Counted from the first letter of the stretch, positions 1 through 10,591 are shown. The stretch is 64,000 nt of DNA from Candidatus Eiseniibacteriota bacterium (GCA_963717935.1 CAVQXP010000004.1:672001-736000); one strand, 5' to 3'. Program-made: numbers and translations. The notes: a model not told the origin generated them from the sequence alone.

Positions 1-2
1 AC

Positions 3-134
3 GTGCTCGGGGCCGGCGTGGCCTGGCTCGCACGCTGGCAGGTGGTCGGCTACGCGGCGATGCTGTTCGCGCTGCTCGTGAACGCGCTGGCCGCGCTGAT
101 CGCGCTCGCGATCCCGGGACCGGCCTCGCGCTAG
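3..134 (+). CDS. 3' end of a hydrophobic membrane protein (partial, runs off window start)
   Basis: Frame from nt 3 reads VLGAGVAWLARWQVVGYAAMLFALLVNALAALIALAIPGPASR* with TAG at 132-134 and high GC3. Confidence 0.5.
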   Translation: MLGAGVAWLARWQVVGYAAMLFALLVNALAALIALAIPGPASR

Positions 135-205
135 TCCGGGGCGGCCGCGCTCGCGCACCCGTTCGACCGCGTTCGTGCGAATCGGGCACGCCGACGGGGG
201 GGGCA

Positions 206-236
206 TGACAACCCCACGGGCCCGGGCGCCGTCGTA
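206..236 (+). promoter_or_regulatory. putative ECF-sigma promoter (AAC-N17-CGT) upstream of DUF5916 copy 1
   Basis: GACAAC with AAC at 210-212, 17-nt spacer, CGTCGTA from 230; same spacing recurs at three other gene starts. Confidence 0.45.
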
Positions 237-281
237 TCACGCGTGAGCCGCATCCATCCCGCGTTCCCCGAGGGCCAAGTC

Positions 282-2933
282 ATGTGCCGCGTCCCCACCT
301 TGATGTTCCTCTGCCTCCTGACCGCGTTCGGGACGGCGTCCGCCCGGATCCAACCCAACTCCGGCGACTCCCTGCCGCCCATCCGGGCCGCGCGGCTCGC
401 GTCGCCGGTCACGATCGACGGTGCGCTCACGGAGGCGGCCTGGCAGGGCGCGCCCTCCTCGACGCAGCTCGTGCAGGGCGACCCGGTCGAGGGCGTCGCT
501 CCGAGCGAGAGCACCTGGGTGTGGCTGGCCTTCGACGAGAACGCGCTCTACGTCGGCGCGCGCATGTGGGACGCCCACCCGGATTCCATCATCGCCAACC
601 TGGTGCGCCGGGACGGCTTCGTCGCCTCGGACCGGTTCCTGCTGCTGCTCGACCCGTACCACGACCACCGCAGCGGCTACTACTTCAGCGTCAACGCCGC
701 CGGCGTGCTGCGTGACGGGACGCTCCTGAACGACGTGTGGAGCGACGAGTACTGGGACGGCGTCTGGGAGGGCCGGGCGCGGCGGGACGACAAGGGCTGG
801 ACCTGCGAGATGAGGATCCCGTTCTCGCAGATGCGCTACCGCGCCGGCGTGGAGCAGATCTGGGGCGTCAACCTGCGCCGCCGGCTCGAGCGCCACAGCG
901 AGGAGCACTACTCCGTCTACATGCCGAAGGACGGGAGCGGCTACGTCTCGCGCTTCCCGCACCTCGTGGGCCTGCAGAACGGGCACCATTCGCGCTCGAT
1001 CGAGCTCGTGCCCTACTCGACGGGCAAGGCCGAGTACCTGGCGCACGACGCCGGCGACCCCTTCCGCGACGGCGGGCGCTACACGCCGGCGATGGGCGTC
1101 GACCTGCGCACGGGCGTGGGCAACAACCTGACCCTCAACGCCACGGTGAACCCCGATTTCGGCCAGGTCGAGGTGGACCCGGCGGTCGTGAACCTGTCCG
1201 ACGTCGAGTCCTACTTCGGCGAGAAGCGTCCGTTCTTCACCGAGAACTCCAACGTCTTCAACAACTTCGGCCAGGAGGGCAGCTCGAACTACTGGGGCTT
1301 CAACTGGTCGGGACCCAGGTTCTTCTACACCCGCCGGATCGGACGCAGCCCGCAGGGCGCGGTGCCCGGCGGGGCCGAGTTCAGCGACGTGCCGATGGCG
1401 ACGCACATCCTCGGCGCGGCGAAGCTCACGGGGAAGCTCGCGCCGAGTCTCAGTTTCGGCATGCTGAACGCGCTGACCTCCCGCGAGGACGCGAAGTACG
1501 CGCTGGGCGGGCTCGAGTCGGAAGCCCCGGTGGAGCCGCTCACGTACTACGGCGTGACCCGGGGGCTCAAAGAGTTCAAGGGTGGCGCCAACGGCCTGGG
1601 GGCGATGGCCACGCTGGTTCAGCGGCGCTTCGACGGCGGCGGCCTCGAGGACGCACTCAACCGCCAGTCGCTGATGGCCGGCCTCGACGGCTGGCACTTC
1701 CTCGACAAGGAGCGGGTGTGGGTGGTCTCCGGCTGGGCGGGGCTGTCCCGCGTGGCGGGGACCCGGCAGCGGATGATCGATCTGCAGCGCGACTCGCGGC
1801 ACTACCTGCAACGCCCGGACGTGGACTACCTCGGCGTGGACAGCAGCGCCACCTCGCTCACGGGCTGGGGCGGACGACTGACGCTCAACAAGCAGAAGGG
1901 GAACGTGCTCTCGAACTCGGCGATCGGCGTGCTGAGCCCGAAGTTCGACGTGAGCGATGTCGGGTATCTCTCCCGCACGGACGTCATCAACCTGCACTCG
2001 GGCCTGGGCTACAAGTGGACGAAGCCCAACCGCTGGCGCCGCTACGCGGACGTGATCGGCGCCGTCTTCCAGACCCGCGACTTCGGCGGGGTCCCCGTCT
2101 GGGAAGGCCTCTGGGGCACGGCCGAGGTCACCTTCGCGAACAGCTGGTACGCCAGCGTGAGCGGCGCGTGGAACCCGCCCATGGTGAACGACCGGTGGAC
2201 GCGCGGCGGGCCGCGCATGCGCACCCTGAACCAGGGCGAGTCGAGCCTCACTCTCGTGACCGACAGCAAGAATCGGTTCTACTACGAGTTCGGTGCCTCC
2301 TACAGCGGGTCCACCGATGGCAATTCGCACGGCGTGTCGCTCAACCCGTGCGTGGTGTGGAAGCCGGCTTCGAACTTCTCCCTCTCCGTCGGGCCGGGCT
2401 ACGACCACTACATCGAGGACGCCCAGTACGTGAAGCAGGTCCTGGCGCCGGGCGAAGTGCCCATCGACTTCGGCGAACGGCGCTACGTCTTCGCGCGGCT
2501 CGACCAGCAGACCGTCTCGGCGAACATCCGCCTCGACCTCTCGTTCACGCCGAACCTCTCGCTGCAGACCTATCTGCAGCCGCTCATCTCGGCCGGAAGT
2601 TACGACGACTTCAAGGAGCTGGCCCGGGCGAACTCGTATTCCTTCGTCCACTATGGCGCGGCCTACGACCCCGCGACGGGCGTGGTGACGCCCGCGGGTG
2701 GCACGCCGTTCGCGCTGATCGACCCCTCGTTCAACTACAAGTCGCTCCGCGGGAACGCGGTGCTGCGCTGGGAGTACCGGCCCGGTTCGGTGCTGTACTT
2801 CGTCTGGACGCAGGAGCGCACCGACAGCCAGGACTACGGAGAGCTGAACTTCGGTCCGTCCACGCGGCGGCTGTTCGACGCGCAGGCGAACGACATCTTC
2901 CTGGTGAAGGCGACGTACTACCTGAACCTGTAG
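282..2933 (+). CDS. CBM9-like domain + DUF5916 outer-membrane beta-barrel protein, copy 1
   Basis: Signal peptide; IDGALTEAAW / LYVGARMWD / GWTCEMRIPFSQ (CBM9-like); NATVNPDFGQVEVDPAVVNLSDVESYFGEKRPFFTE and FFYTRRIGR (DUF5916); C-terminal KATYYLNL; ATG chosen at 282. Confidence 0.85.
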   Translation: MCRVPTLMFLCLLTAFGTASARIQPNSGDSLPPIRAARLASPVTIDGALTEAAWQGAPSSTQLVQGDPVEGVAPSESTWVWLAFDENALYVGARMWDAHPDSIIANLVRRDGFVASDRFLLLLDPYHDHRSGYYFSVNAAGVLRDGTLLNDVWSDEYWDGVWEGRARRDDKGWTCEMRIPFSQMRYRAGVEQIWGVNLRRRLERHSEEHYSVYMPKDGSGYVSRFPHLVGLQNGHHSRSIELVPYSTGKAEYLAHDAGDPFRDGGRYTPAMGVDLRTGVGNNLTLNATVNPDFGQVEVDPAVVNLSDVESYFGEKRPFFTENSNVFNNFGQEGSSNYWGFNWSGPRFFYTRRIGRSPQGAVPGGAEFSDVPMATHILGAAKLTGKLAPSLSFGMLNALTSREDAKYALGGLESEAPVEPLTYYGVTRGLKEFKGGANGLGAMATLVQRRFDGGGLEDALNRQSLMAGLDGWHFLDKERVWVVSGWAGLSRVAGTRQRMIDLQRDSRHYLQRPDVDYLGVDSSATSLTGWGGRLTLNKQKGNVLSNSAIGVLSPKFDVSDVGYLSRTDVINLHSGLGYKWTKPNRWRRYADVIGAVFQTRDFGGVPVWEGLWGTAEVTFANSWYASVSGAWNPPMVNDRWTRGGPRMRTLNQGESSLTLVTDSKNRFYYEFGASYSGSTDGNSHGVSLNPCVVWKPASNFSLSVGPGYDHYIEDAQYVKQVLAPGEVPIDFGERRYVFARLDQQTVSANIRLDLSFTPNLSLQTYLQPLISAGSYDDFKELARANSYSFVHYGAAYDPATGVVTPAGGTPFALIDPSFNYKSLRGNAVLRWEYRPGSVLYFVWTQERTDSQDYGELNFGPSTRRLFDAQANDIFLVKATYYLNL

Positions 2934-2976
2934 TCGGACGTGCCCGCCGCGCGGAAGACCCGGCGCCGTCCATGCG

Positions 2977-3005
2977 GGCAACATCTTGCCCCCCCGGGTC
3001 GTAGG
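2977..3005 (+). promoter_or_regulatory. putative ECF-sigma promoter GGCAAC-N17-CGTAGG
   Basis: AAC 2980-2982, CGT 3000-3002; both boxes identical to the site at 23008-23036. Confidence 0.5.
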
Positions 3006-3090
3006 TGGGGGGGGGCTCGTGCCGCCGACCAGGGTTCCGGCCGGGACCCGCGGTGGCCCCGCGACTCCGCTCACGCCAGGAGGTGCGAAC

Positions 3091-4461
3091 ATGAAGTCGA
3101 TGCAGGGGAAGATCCTCATCAACATGCTCCTCGCCGTGCTGGCCGCCGGTGCAGTCCTGGTTCCCGCGGCTTCGGCCCAGCCCGGAGTCGCCCGGCCCGG
3201 CCAGCTCCCGGCCATCGACGCCATGGTCCAGGCCGCCATCGTCGACAGCGTCACCGCCACGATCGACTCGGTCTACGTCATCGGTGAGGGCGCACAGAGG
3301 ATCGTCGCCTTCCTGCGGCGGCAGCTGGCCGAGGGCGCCTACCGGAACCTGACCGACCCGGCCGAGTTCGCCACGCGGCTCGAGGCCGACGCCCAGGCGA
3401 CCCACCACGATGGCCACTTCGCCATCCGGGCGATGCAGCCCCTGCCTCCCGGGCGCGCCGAGCGGGTCGCGGACCCCCGCGACGACGAGCGCGCGCAGCG
3501 TTCCCTGCGCGAGCGCAACTTCGGATTCCAAAAGGTCGAGCTGCTGTCCGGCAACATCGGCTACCTGAAGCTGAACCAGTTCGCCGACACGGACGTGGCG
3601 GCCGGGACCGCCATCGCGGCCATGAACTTCCTGGCCGACGCCGGGGCGCTGATCATCGACCTGCGCGAGAACGGTGGCGGCAACGCCTCGATGATCCGCC
3701 TGCTGGCCACGTACCTGTTCAAGGACCAGGTCCATCTGATCAACTGGTACGAGCGCGTCCACGACGAGACCGTCCAGTCCCGGACCCTGGACTACGTCCC
3801 CGGCCGCCGCCTGGCCGAGGTGCCGGTCTACGTGCTCACCAGCCGCAACACGTTCTCCGCCGCGGAGGAGTTCACCTTCGATCTGAAGAACCTGAAGCGG
3901 GCCACGATCGTGGGGGACACCACCGGCGGTGGCGGACACACGGTCAGCGCCCAGGCCTTCGACTTCAAGACCTTCCGCATCGGGCTCCGGGTGCCCTACG
4001 GGCGCGCCTACGACCCGAAGACCGGCAAGGGCTGGGAAGGGGTCGGGGTCATCCCGGACCTCGCCGTGCCGAGCGCGCAGGCCCTGCAGGCCGCCCACCG
4101 GGCCGCGCTGCAGGCCCGGGTCGCTGCGGAGAAGGACCCGGACGCCCGGCTCGCCCTCGAGTGGCCGCTGCTGGGCCTCGACAGCCGGCTCAACCCCACT
4201 CGACTCTCTCTGCGGCAGCTGAGGCAGTACGTCGGGGTGTTCGGTCCCCGGCGCATCACGCTCGACGGCGGCGACCTCTACTACCAGCGCGAGGACCGTC
4301 CCCGTCTCAAGCTGGAGCCCATGGGCGCGGATCTGTTCCGGGTGGGGGACCTGGAGTACTTCAGACTGCGGTTCGATCGTGACCCGGCCGGCCGGATCGT
4401 CAAGGTGGTCGGCCTCTACGACGACGGCCGTCAGGACGAGAACGGGCGTTCGAAGGGCTGA
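3091..4461 (+). CDS. secreted S41 family peptidase (IRBP-like) with C-terminal DUF3471-like domain
   Basis: AGGAGGT RBS before ATG 3091; signal peptide; GNIGYLKL, LIIDLRENGGG, TFSAAEEF (catalytic Ser), GDTTGGG, WEGVGVIPD motifs. Confidence 0.9.
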   Translation: MKSMQGKILINMLLAVLAAGAVLVPAASAQPGVARPGQLPAIDAMVQAAIVDSVTATIDSVYVIGEGAQRIVAFLRRQLAEGAYRNLTDPAEFATRLEADAQATHHDGHFAIRAMQPLPPGRAERVADPRDDERAQRSLRERNFGFQKVELLSGNIGYLKLNQFADTDVAAGTAIAAMNFLADAGALIIDLRENGGGNASMIRLLATYLFKDQVHLINWYERVHDETVQSRTLDYVPGRRLAEVPVYVLTSRNTFSAAEEFTFDLKNLKRATIVGDTTGGGGHTVSAQAFDFKTFRIGLRVPYGRAYDPKTGKGWEGVGVIPDLAVPSAQALQAAHRAALQARVAAEKDPDARLALEWPLLGLDSRLNPTRLSLRQLRQYVGVFGPRRITLDGGDLYYQREDRPRLKLEPMGADLFRVGDLEYFRLRFDRDPAGRIVKVVGLYDDGRQDENGRSKG

Positions 4462-4666
4462 CGCCGCGGCCCAGGCCGTGGGCTCGCCGGGGCGCGGCGT
4501 CGGGCTGGCCCCTCGCCGCGCTCGTGCCTCCGGGAACCGGGTTCGTCAGCGGGCCGCCGCGATGGCCGGACTCCTTGACACGACGGGCCGGTCGGTCGGC
4601 GAACCTGATGGTCGTGCGACGCCCGGCGACCGGGACCGTTCCTTCCGACCCCGAGGACCCTCCGAC

Positions 4667-7360
4667 ATGCGCCCTCTGCCGATGATCGTACTGCTCGCGC
4701 TCTTCTCGACCGCGGGTCCGTTCGCCGCGACGGGGGCTGCCGTGCCGGCCGCCGGCGATTCGCTCCCCCCGGTTCGGGCCGTGCGCCTCACGTCGCCGGT
4801 CACGATCGACGGCGCGCTCGAGGAGCCCGTCTGGCAGAGCGCGGAGCCCATCCGGTGGTTCACGCAGAGCAACCCGAACGAGGGTGCCGCGCCCAGCGAG
4901 AGCACGGCGATGTGGCTGGCCTACGACGACGGTGCGCTCTACGTGGCGGCCCGCATGTGGGACGCGCACCCGGACTCGATCATCGCGAGCCTCGTGCGGC
5001 GTGATCTGTGGGTCCCGTCCGACCGGCTCGTGGTGTATCTCGACCCGTACCACGACCACCGCAGCGGCTACTTCTTCTCCGTCAGCGCGGCCGGGGTGCT
5101 GTGGGACGGCACGATGTTCAACGACGGCATGCTCGACGACTCGTGGGACGGCGTATGGGAGGCCCGGGTGCGGCGCGAGGGCGGCGAGCGCGGCGCCGTC
5201 GCGGTGGGCGGGGGTCCGGGGGGCTGGACCTGCGAGATGAGGATCCCGCTCTCGCAGCTGCGCTTCCGGCCCGGCCGCGAGCAGGTCTGGGGCATCAACC
5301 TGCGCCGGCGCATCGAGCGGACGACCGAGCTCGACGAGTTGGTCTACACGCCCAGGAAGGGCAGCGGCTTCACCTCGCGCTTCCCGCACCTCGTCGGCAT
5401 CGAGGACGGGCGGCGCTCGCGCTCGATCGAGGTCATGCCCTACACGACGGGCAAGGCGGAGTACCTCGCGCACGAGGCCGGCGATCCGTTCAACGACGGC
5501 TCGCGCTACACGCCCGGAATGGGCGGCGACTTGCGCATGAGCGTGGGCAACAACCTGACGCTGAACACCACGGCGAACCCCGACTTCGGGCAGGTCGAGG
5601 TGGACCCGGCGGTGGTGAACCTCTCGGACGTGGAATCGTACTTCCAGGAGAAGCGCCCGTTCTTCACCGAGAACTCGCGCATCTTCTCCTTCGGCAACGA
5701 GGGCGCGAACCGGTACTGGGGCTTCAACTGGCCGGAGCCGCGCTTCTTCTACAGCCGCCGCATCGGACGTACGCCCCAGGGGGGCGCGCCGGACGACGCC
5801 GAGTTCAGCGACCTGCCGGTCGCGACCCACATCCTCGGGGCAGCGAAGCTCACCGGGAAGCTCTCGCCGGGCCTCAACTTCGGCACGATGCACGCCGTGA
5901 CCTCGCGCGAGGACGCGCGGTACGCGCTCGACGGGCTCCACTCGACGGCCGAGGTCGAGCCGCTCACGTACTACGGCGTGGCGCGCGGCCTGGGGGAGCT
6001 CAAGGGGGGCTACAACGGCCTCGGGCTCATGACGACGCTGGTGCAGCGCCGGTTCGAGGGGGGCGGGCTGAAGGACCTGCTGAACGAGCAATCGCTGATG
6101 ACCGGGCTCGACGGCTGGCATTTTCTCGACCGGAAGAAGCTGTGGGTGCTGTCGGGCTGGGCGGGGATGTCTCGAGTGGCGGGGACGGAGCAGCGGATGA
6201 TCTCGCTGCAGCGCAGCTCGCGACACTACCTGCAGCGGCCGGACGCAGAGCACCTCGGCGTGGACAGCAGCGCCACGTCGCTCACCGGCTTCGGCGCGCG
6301 CGTGTGGCTCAACAAGCAGCAAGGCAATCTCATCAGCAACTCGGCGATCGGGTTCATGGACCCGAAGTTCGACGTGAACGACATGGGATTCCAGTCGCGG
6401 GCGGACGTGATCACCGCGCACACGGGCCTGCAATATCACTCCACGAAGCCGAACCGCTGGAGCCGCGAGGCCTGGGTCGCCGGGGTGGTGTTCGAGAGCC
6501 GCGACTTCGACGGCAACCGGACGGGGGCGGGGCTCTGGCAGGGGAACACCGTCACCTTCGCGAACGACTACGGCCTCAGCACCGAGCTGATGTACGTCCC
6601 GCTGACCATGAACAACCGCCGGACCCGCGGCGGGCCGCTCATGGAAGAGCCGCCCGGCACGTACGCGTCGGTGACCTTCAACACCGCGGGCCGGAACAAG
6701 CTCGTCTACAGCCTGTACGCGGACCGCACGTACACCCCGGCCGCCGGCGGCACGGATTACTACAACGTCTTCCCGGCGGTGGAGTGGAAGCCGGTCTCGA
6801 ACTTCTCCATCCAGGTCGGACCAAACCTCCAGCGCGCCATCGAGAACGCCCAGTACGTGAGACGGGTCTCGGCCCCCGGCGAGGTGCCGGCGGACTTCGG
6901 AGACCTGCGCTACGTCTTCGCCCGCATGGACCAGACGACGGTATCGGCGGACATCCGGTTGAACGTGTCCTTCTCCACGAACCTCACGCTGCAGACCTAC
7001 ATCCAGCCGCTGATCTCGGCCGGCCACTACACCGATTTCAAGGAGCTGGCCCGGGCCGGCTCGTACGAATTCATCCACTACGGCGCGAGCTACGATCCCG
7101 CGACCGGCATCGTGACGCCCGCCGGCGGCACGCCGTTCTCGATCTCCGACCCGGACTTCAACTTCAAGTCGCTCCGCGGGAACGCGGTGCTGCGCTGGGA
7201 ATACCGGCCGGGCTCGGTGCTGTACCTGGTCTGGACGCAGCAGCGCACCGACAGCGAGGCCCTCGGCGAGCTGCAGTTCGGCCGTTCGGCGCGGCGGCTG
7301 GTGGACGCGCAGGCGGACGACATCTTCCTGGTGAAGGCGACGTACTACCTCAACCTGTAG
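4667..7360 (+). CDS. CBM9-like domain + DUF5916 outer-membrane protein, copy 2
   Basis: Same motifs as copy 1; GAGG upstream of ATG 4667; signal peptide; ends KATYYLNL. Confidence 0.85.
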   Translation: MRPLPMIVLLALFSTAGPFAATGAAVPAAGDSLPPVRAVRLTSPVTIDGALEEPVWQSAEPIRWFTQSNPNEGAAPSESTAMWLAYDDGALYVAARMWDAHPDSIIASLVRRDLWVPSDRLVVYLDPYHDHRSGYFFSVSAAGVLWDGTMFNDGMLDDSWDGVWEARVRREGGERGAVAVGGGPGGWTCEMRIPLSQLRFRPGREQVWGINLRRRIERTTELDELVYTPRKGSGFTSRFPHLVGIEDGRRSRSIEVMPYTTGKAEYLAHEAGDPFNDGSRYTPGMGGDLRMSVGNNLTLNTTANPDFGQVEVDPAVVNLSDVESYFQEKRPFFTENSRIFSFGNEGANRYWGFNWPEPRFFYSRRIGRTPQGGAPDDAEFSDLPVATHILGAAKLTGKLSPGLNFGTMHAVTSREDARYALDGLHSTAEVEPLTYYGVARGLGELKGGYNGLGLMTTLVQRRFEGGGLKDLLNEQSLMTGLDGWHFLDRKKLWVLSGWAGMSRVAGTEQRMISLQRSSRHYLQRPDAEHLGVDSSATSLTGFGARVWLNKQQGNLISNSAIGFMDPKFDVNDMGFQSRADVITAHTGLQYHSTKPNRWSREAWVAGVVFESRDFDGNRTGAGLWQGNTVTFANDYGLSTELMYVPLTMNNRRTRGGPLMEEPPGTYASVTFNTAGRNKLVYSLYADRTYTPAAGGTDYYNVFPAVEWKPVSNFSIQVGPNLQRAIENAQYVRRVSAPGEVPADFGDLRYVFARMDQTTVSADIRLNVSFSTNLTLQTYIQPLISAGHYTDFKELARAGSYEFIHYGASYDPATGIVTPAGGTPFSISDPDFNFKSLRGNAVLRWEYRPGSVLYLVWTQQRTDSEALGELQFGRSARRLVDAQADDIFLVKATYYLNL

Positions 7361-7422
7361 CTGGCCCGACCGGAGGCGGTGTGCGGCGCGCGCGCGGCCC
7401 GAGGGCGCAGGGACGGCGTGGG

Positions 7423-7460
7423 CGGCGAGCCCGGCGCTCGGTCGGCGCCGGGCCTCGCCG
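7423..7460. terminator. GC-rich hairpin between copies 2 and 3
   Basis: CGGCGAGCCCGGCGC ... GCGCCGGGCCTCGCCG inverted repeat; no U-tract. Confidence 0.35.
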
Positions 7461-7645
7461 TCGGATCGTCACGTTCGTTCGCGCGAATGCCGCGCTGGTC
7501 GGCACCGGGCGCACACTCGGCCGAGCGCCGCGGATGTGGGGGCCGGGATCGTGGATGCTCGTCCGCGCCGGCGCGTGCCGGTGGCCGCCCCGGCGAGAGT
7601 CCCGGGCGATCACGCGACCCCCCTTCACCCGCGAGAACCCAGGTC

Positions 7646-10306
7646 ATGCGCATCCTCCCCGCAGTGTTGCTCCTCGCCCTGGCCGGGCCGGCGGCGGCGC
7701 AACCGCCGGAAGGCGTCGGCCCCGTGCAGGCCGTGCGCCTGACCGCGCCCGTCGTGATCGACGGGCGGCTCGACGAGGCCGTCTGGCAGAGCGCGCCGGC
7801 CGTGACGAGGTTCACACAGCGCGATCCGGTAGAGGGCGCCGTCCCGCGCGAGAGCACCTGGGTGTGGGTCGCGTACGACGACCGGGCGCTCTACGTCGCG
7901 GCGCGCCTGTGGGACTCGCGGCCGGACTCCATCGTCGCGCAACTCGTGCGGCGCGACGTGAACACGGCGTCCGACCGCTTCTTCCTCTACCTGGACACGT
8001 ACCACGACGGGCGCAGCGGGTACTACTTCGGCGTCAACGCGGCGGGCGTCCTGCTCGATGGCACGCTGTTCAACGACATCCAGAGTGACGCCTCGTGGGA
8101 CGGGGTGTGGGACGCGCGGGTGCGCCGCGAGGGGGCGCCGGGAGTGGCGGCGTCCGGCTGGACCTGCGAGATGCGCATCCCGATCTCCCAGATGCGCTCG
8201 CGCGTGGGCGCCGAGCAGGTCTGGGGCATCAACTTCAAGCGCTGCATCACGCGCCTCAACGAGGTGGACTACCTCGTTCCCCTGCCCAAGAAGGCCAGCG
8301 GCTTCGTGTCGCGCTTCCCCGACCTGGTCGGGTTCAAGCCCGGACGGCGGGGGCGCAACGTCGAGCTGCTGCCCTACGCGACGGGCAAGGCCGAGTATCT
8401 CGTGCACGACCCGGACGACCCGTTCAACGACGGCTCGCGCTATACGCCCGGCCTCGGCGCCGACCTGCGGGCCGGCGTCGGGAACAACCTGACGCTCAAC
8501 GCCACGGTGAATCCGGACTTCGGGCAGGTCGAGGTGGACCCGGCGGTGGTGAACCTCTCCGACGTGGAGTCGTACTTCGAGGAGAAGCGCCCGTTCTTCA
8601 CCGAGAACTCGCGCATCTTCGCCTTCGGCAACGAGGGCGCGGCTTCGTACTGGAGCCTGGGCTGGCCCGCTCCGCGCTTCTTCTACAGCCGGCGCATCGG
8701 GCGGGCGCCGCAGGGGGGCGTTCCCGTCGGAGCGGAGTTCAGCGACGTGCCGATGGCGACGCACATCCTCGGCGCGGCGAAGCTCACGGGCAAGCCCTCC
8801 GAGGGGTTCGGCCTCGGGATGCTCCAGGCGGTGACGTCCCGCGAAGACGCGCGGTACCAGGTGGACGGGCTCGAGTCGGAGGCGGTGGTCGAGCCGCTCA
8901 CGTACTACGGCGTGGTGCGCGGACTGAAGGAGATGAAGGGCGGATACAACGGTCTCGGGGTGCTGACGACGCTGGTGCAGCGCCGTTTCGGAGACGACGG
9001 ACTGGCGGACGCGATGAACCGCCAGTCGCTGATGGCCGGCCTGGACGGATGGCACTTCCTGGACCGCAAGAAGCTCTGGGTGCTGTCGGGCTGGGCCGGG
9101 ATGTCACGGGTGGCGGGGACGGAGCAGCGGATGATCGACCTGCAGCGCAGTTCGCTGCACTACCTGCAGCGGCCGGACGCGGAGCATCTGGGCGTGGACA
9201 GCACGGCGACGTCGCTGGCCGGTTACGGAGCACGGCTGTGGCTCAACAAGCAGGAAGGTAACGTCCTGTTCAACTCGGCGATCGGGATGCTGTCCCCGAA
9301 GTTCGACGTGAACGACGTGGGTTACATGTCCCAGGCGGACGCCACGAACGGCCACATCGGGGCCGGGTACAAGTGGACGGAGCCGAACGCGTGGCGCAAG
9401 GACCTCACCATGCTCGGCGTCGTCGTGGCGACCGGCAACCGCGACGGCGACGTGACCTCGAGAGGGTTGTACCTGAGTCCCGCCATCACCCTCGCCAACG
9501 ACTGGAGCCTCAGCCCAGAATACTTCCCGTTCCTGTCCTCGAAGAACGACCGGCGCACACGCGGCGGGCCGCTCATGCTCGAGCCGGCCAGCACGTGGTG
9601 GCAGCTCACCTTCGATTCCGACCCCAAGCGGACGACGACCTGGCACCTCGTCACGTCCGGGAGCAGCGCCCCGTCGGTGAACACGAGCTACTGGTCGCTC
9701 TACCCGTCGGTGGAGTGGAAGCCGGCCGCCAACTTCACGTTGAGCGTCGGCCCGGGACTGGACCGCACCCTCGAGGACGCGCAGTACGTGACGAAGGTCG
9801 CGGCGCCCGGGGAGGTCCCGGCGGACTTCGGGGACCGGCGCTACGTCTTCGCGCGCATGGACCAGACGACCGTCTCGGCCAACATCCGGCTCGACGTGTC
9901 GTTCACGCGGAACCTCACGCTCCAGACCTACATCCAGCCGCTGATCTCGGCGGGGCGCTTCTCGGACTTCAAGGAGCTCGCCCGCTCCGGTTCGTACGAC
10001 TTCATCCACTACGGGCTCGACGACGGCTCGACCTACGATCCCGTGGCCGGGATCGTGGACCCGGGCGGAGGCGGCACGCCGTTCGCGCTGTCCGACCCCT
10101 CCTTCAACTTCAAGTCGCTGCGCGGGAACGCCGTGCTGCGCTGGGAGTACCGGCCCGGGTCGGTGCTGTACTTCGTCTGGACCCAGGAGCGGGCGGACTT
10201 CGAGCCCTTCGGGGACCTGCGCTTCGGTCCCTCGACGCGACGGCTGCTCGACGCGCAGGCCAACGACATCTTCCTGGTGAAGGCGACGTACCACCTGAAC
10301 CTGTAG
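7646..10306 (+). CDS. CBM9-like domain + DUF5916 outer-membrane protein, copy 3
   Basis: MRILPAVLLLALAGPAAA signal peptide; same conserved motifs; ends KATYHLNL. Confidence 0.85.
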   Translation: MRILPAVLLLALAGPAAAQPPEGVGPVQAVRLTAPVVIDGRLDEAVWQSAPAVTRFTQRDPVEGAVPRESTWVWVAYDDRALYVAARLWDSRPDSIVAQLVRRDVNTASDRFFLYLDTYHDGRSGYYFGVNAAGVLLDGTLFNDIQSDASWDGVWDARVRREGAPGVAASGWTCEMRIPISQMRSRVGAEQVWGINFKRCITRLNEVDYLVPLPKKASGFVSRFPDLVGFKPGRRGRNVELLPYATGKAEYLVHDPDDPFNDGSRYTPGLGADLRAGVGNNLTLNATVNPDFGQVEVDPAVVNLSDVESYFEEKRPFFTENSRIFAFGNEGAASYWSLGWPAPRFFYSRRIGRAPQGGVPVGAEFSDVPMATHILGAAKLTGKPSEGFGLGMLQAVTSREDARYQVDGLESEAVVEPLTYYGVVRGLKEMKGGYNGLGVLTTLVQRRFGDDGLADAMNRQSLMAGLDGWHFLDRKKLWVLSGWAGMSRVAGTEQRMIDLQRSSLHYLQRPDAEHLGVDSTATSLAGYGARLWLNKQEGNVLFNSAIGMLSPKFDVNDVGYMSQADATNGHIGAGYKWTEPNAWRKDLTMLGVVVATGNRDGDVTSRGLYLSPAITLANDWSLSPEYFPFLSSKNDRRTRGGPLMLEPASTWWQLTFDSDPKRTTTWHLVTSGSSAPSVNTSYWSLYPSVEWKPAANFTLSVGPGLDRTLEDAQYVTKVAAPGEVPADFGDRRYVFARMDQTTVSANIRLDVSFTRNLTLQTYIQPLISAGRFSDFKELARSGSYDFIHYGLDDGSTYDPVAGIVDPGGGGTPFALSDPSFNFKSLRGNAVLRWEYRPGSVLYFVWTQERADFEPFGDLRFGPSTRRLLDAQANDIFLVKATYHLNL

Positions 10307-10477
10307 CCCGGCCGGCCCGCAGGCCAGCGGTGGGGGCCCGCGTGTTCCGGGTGCGAGACGGGGCGCAGGTGGCGAGCCCGGCGGGTCTGCGGCGCCGGGT
10401 TCCGTCGCCGGGGCACCCGCGTTCGTCGCTCCGGCGTCGTCGCTGGTCCGCCGCCCGCGCGGGAGCGGGCCCGCGAC

Positions 10478-10504
10478 GAAACCCGGCGCCGGACGCATCC
10501 GTCA
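10478..10504 (+). promoter_or_regulatory. putative ECF-sigma promoter GAAAC-N17-CGTCA upstream of copy 4
   Basis: AAC 10480-10482, CGT 10500-10502. Confidence 0.45.
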
Positions 10505-10591
10505 CAGGGGTGTGAGACCACCGCAGGCCCGCACCCCGCTCTCCTGCCTGTCCGCGAGCCGAATCCGCCTTCACCGACCGAGGAGCCCCCG

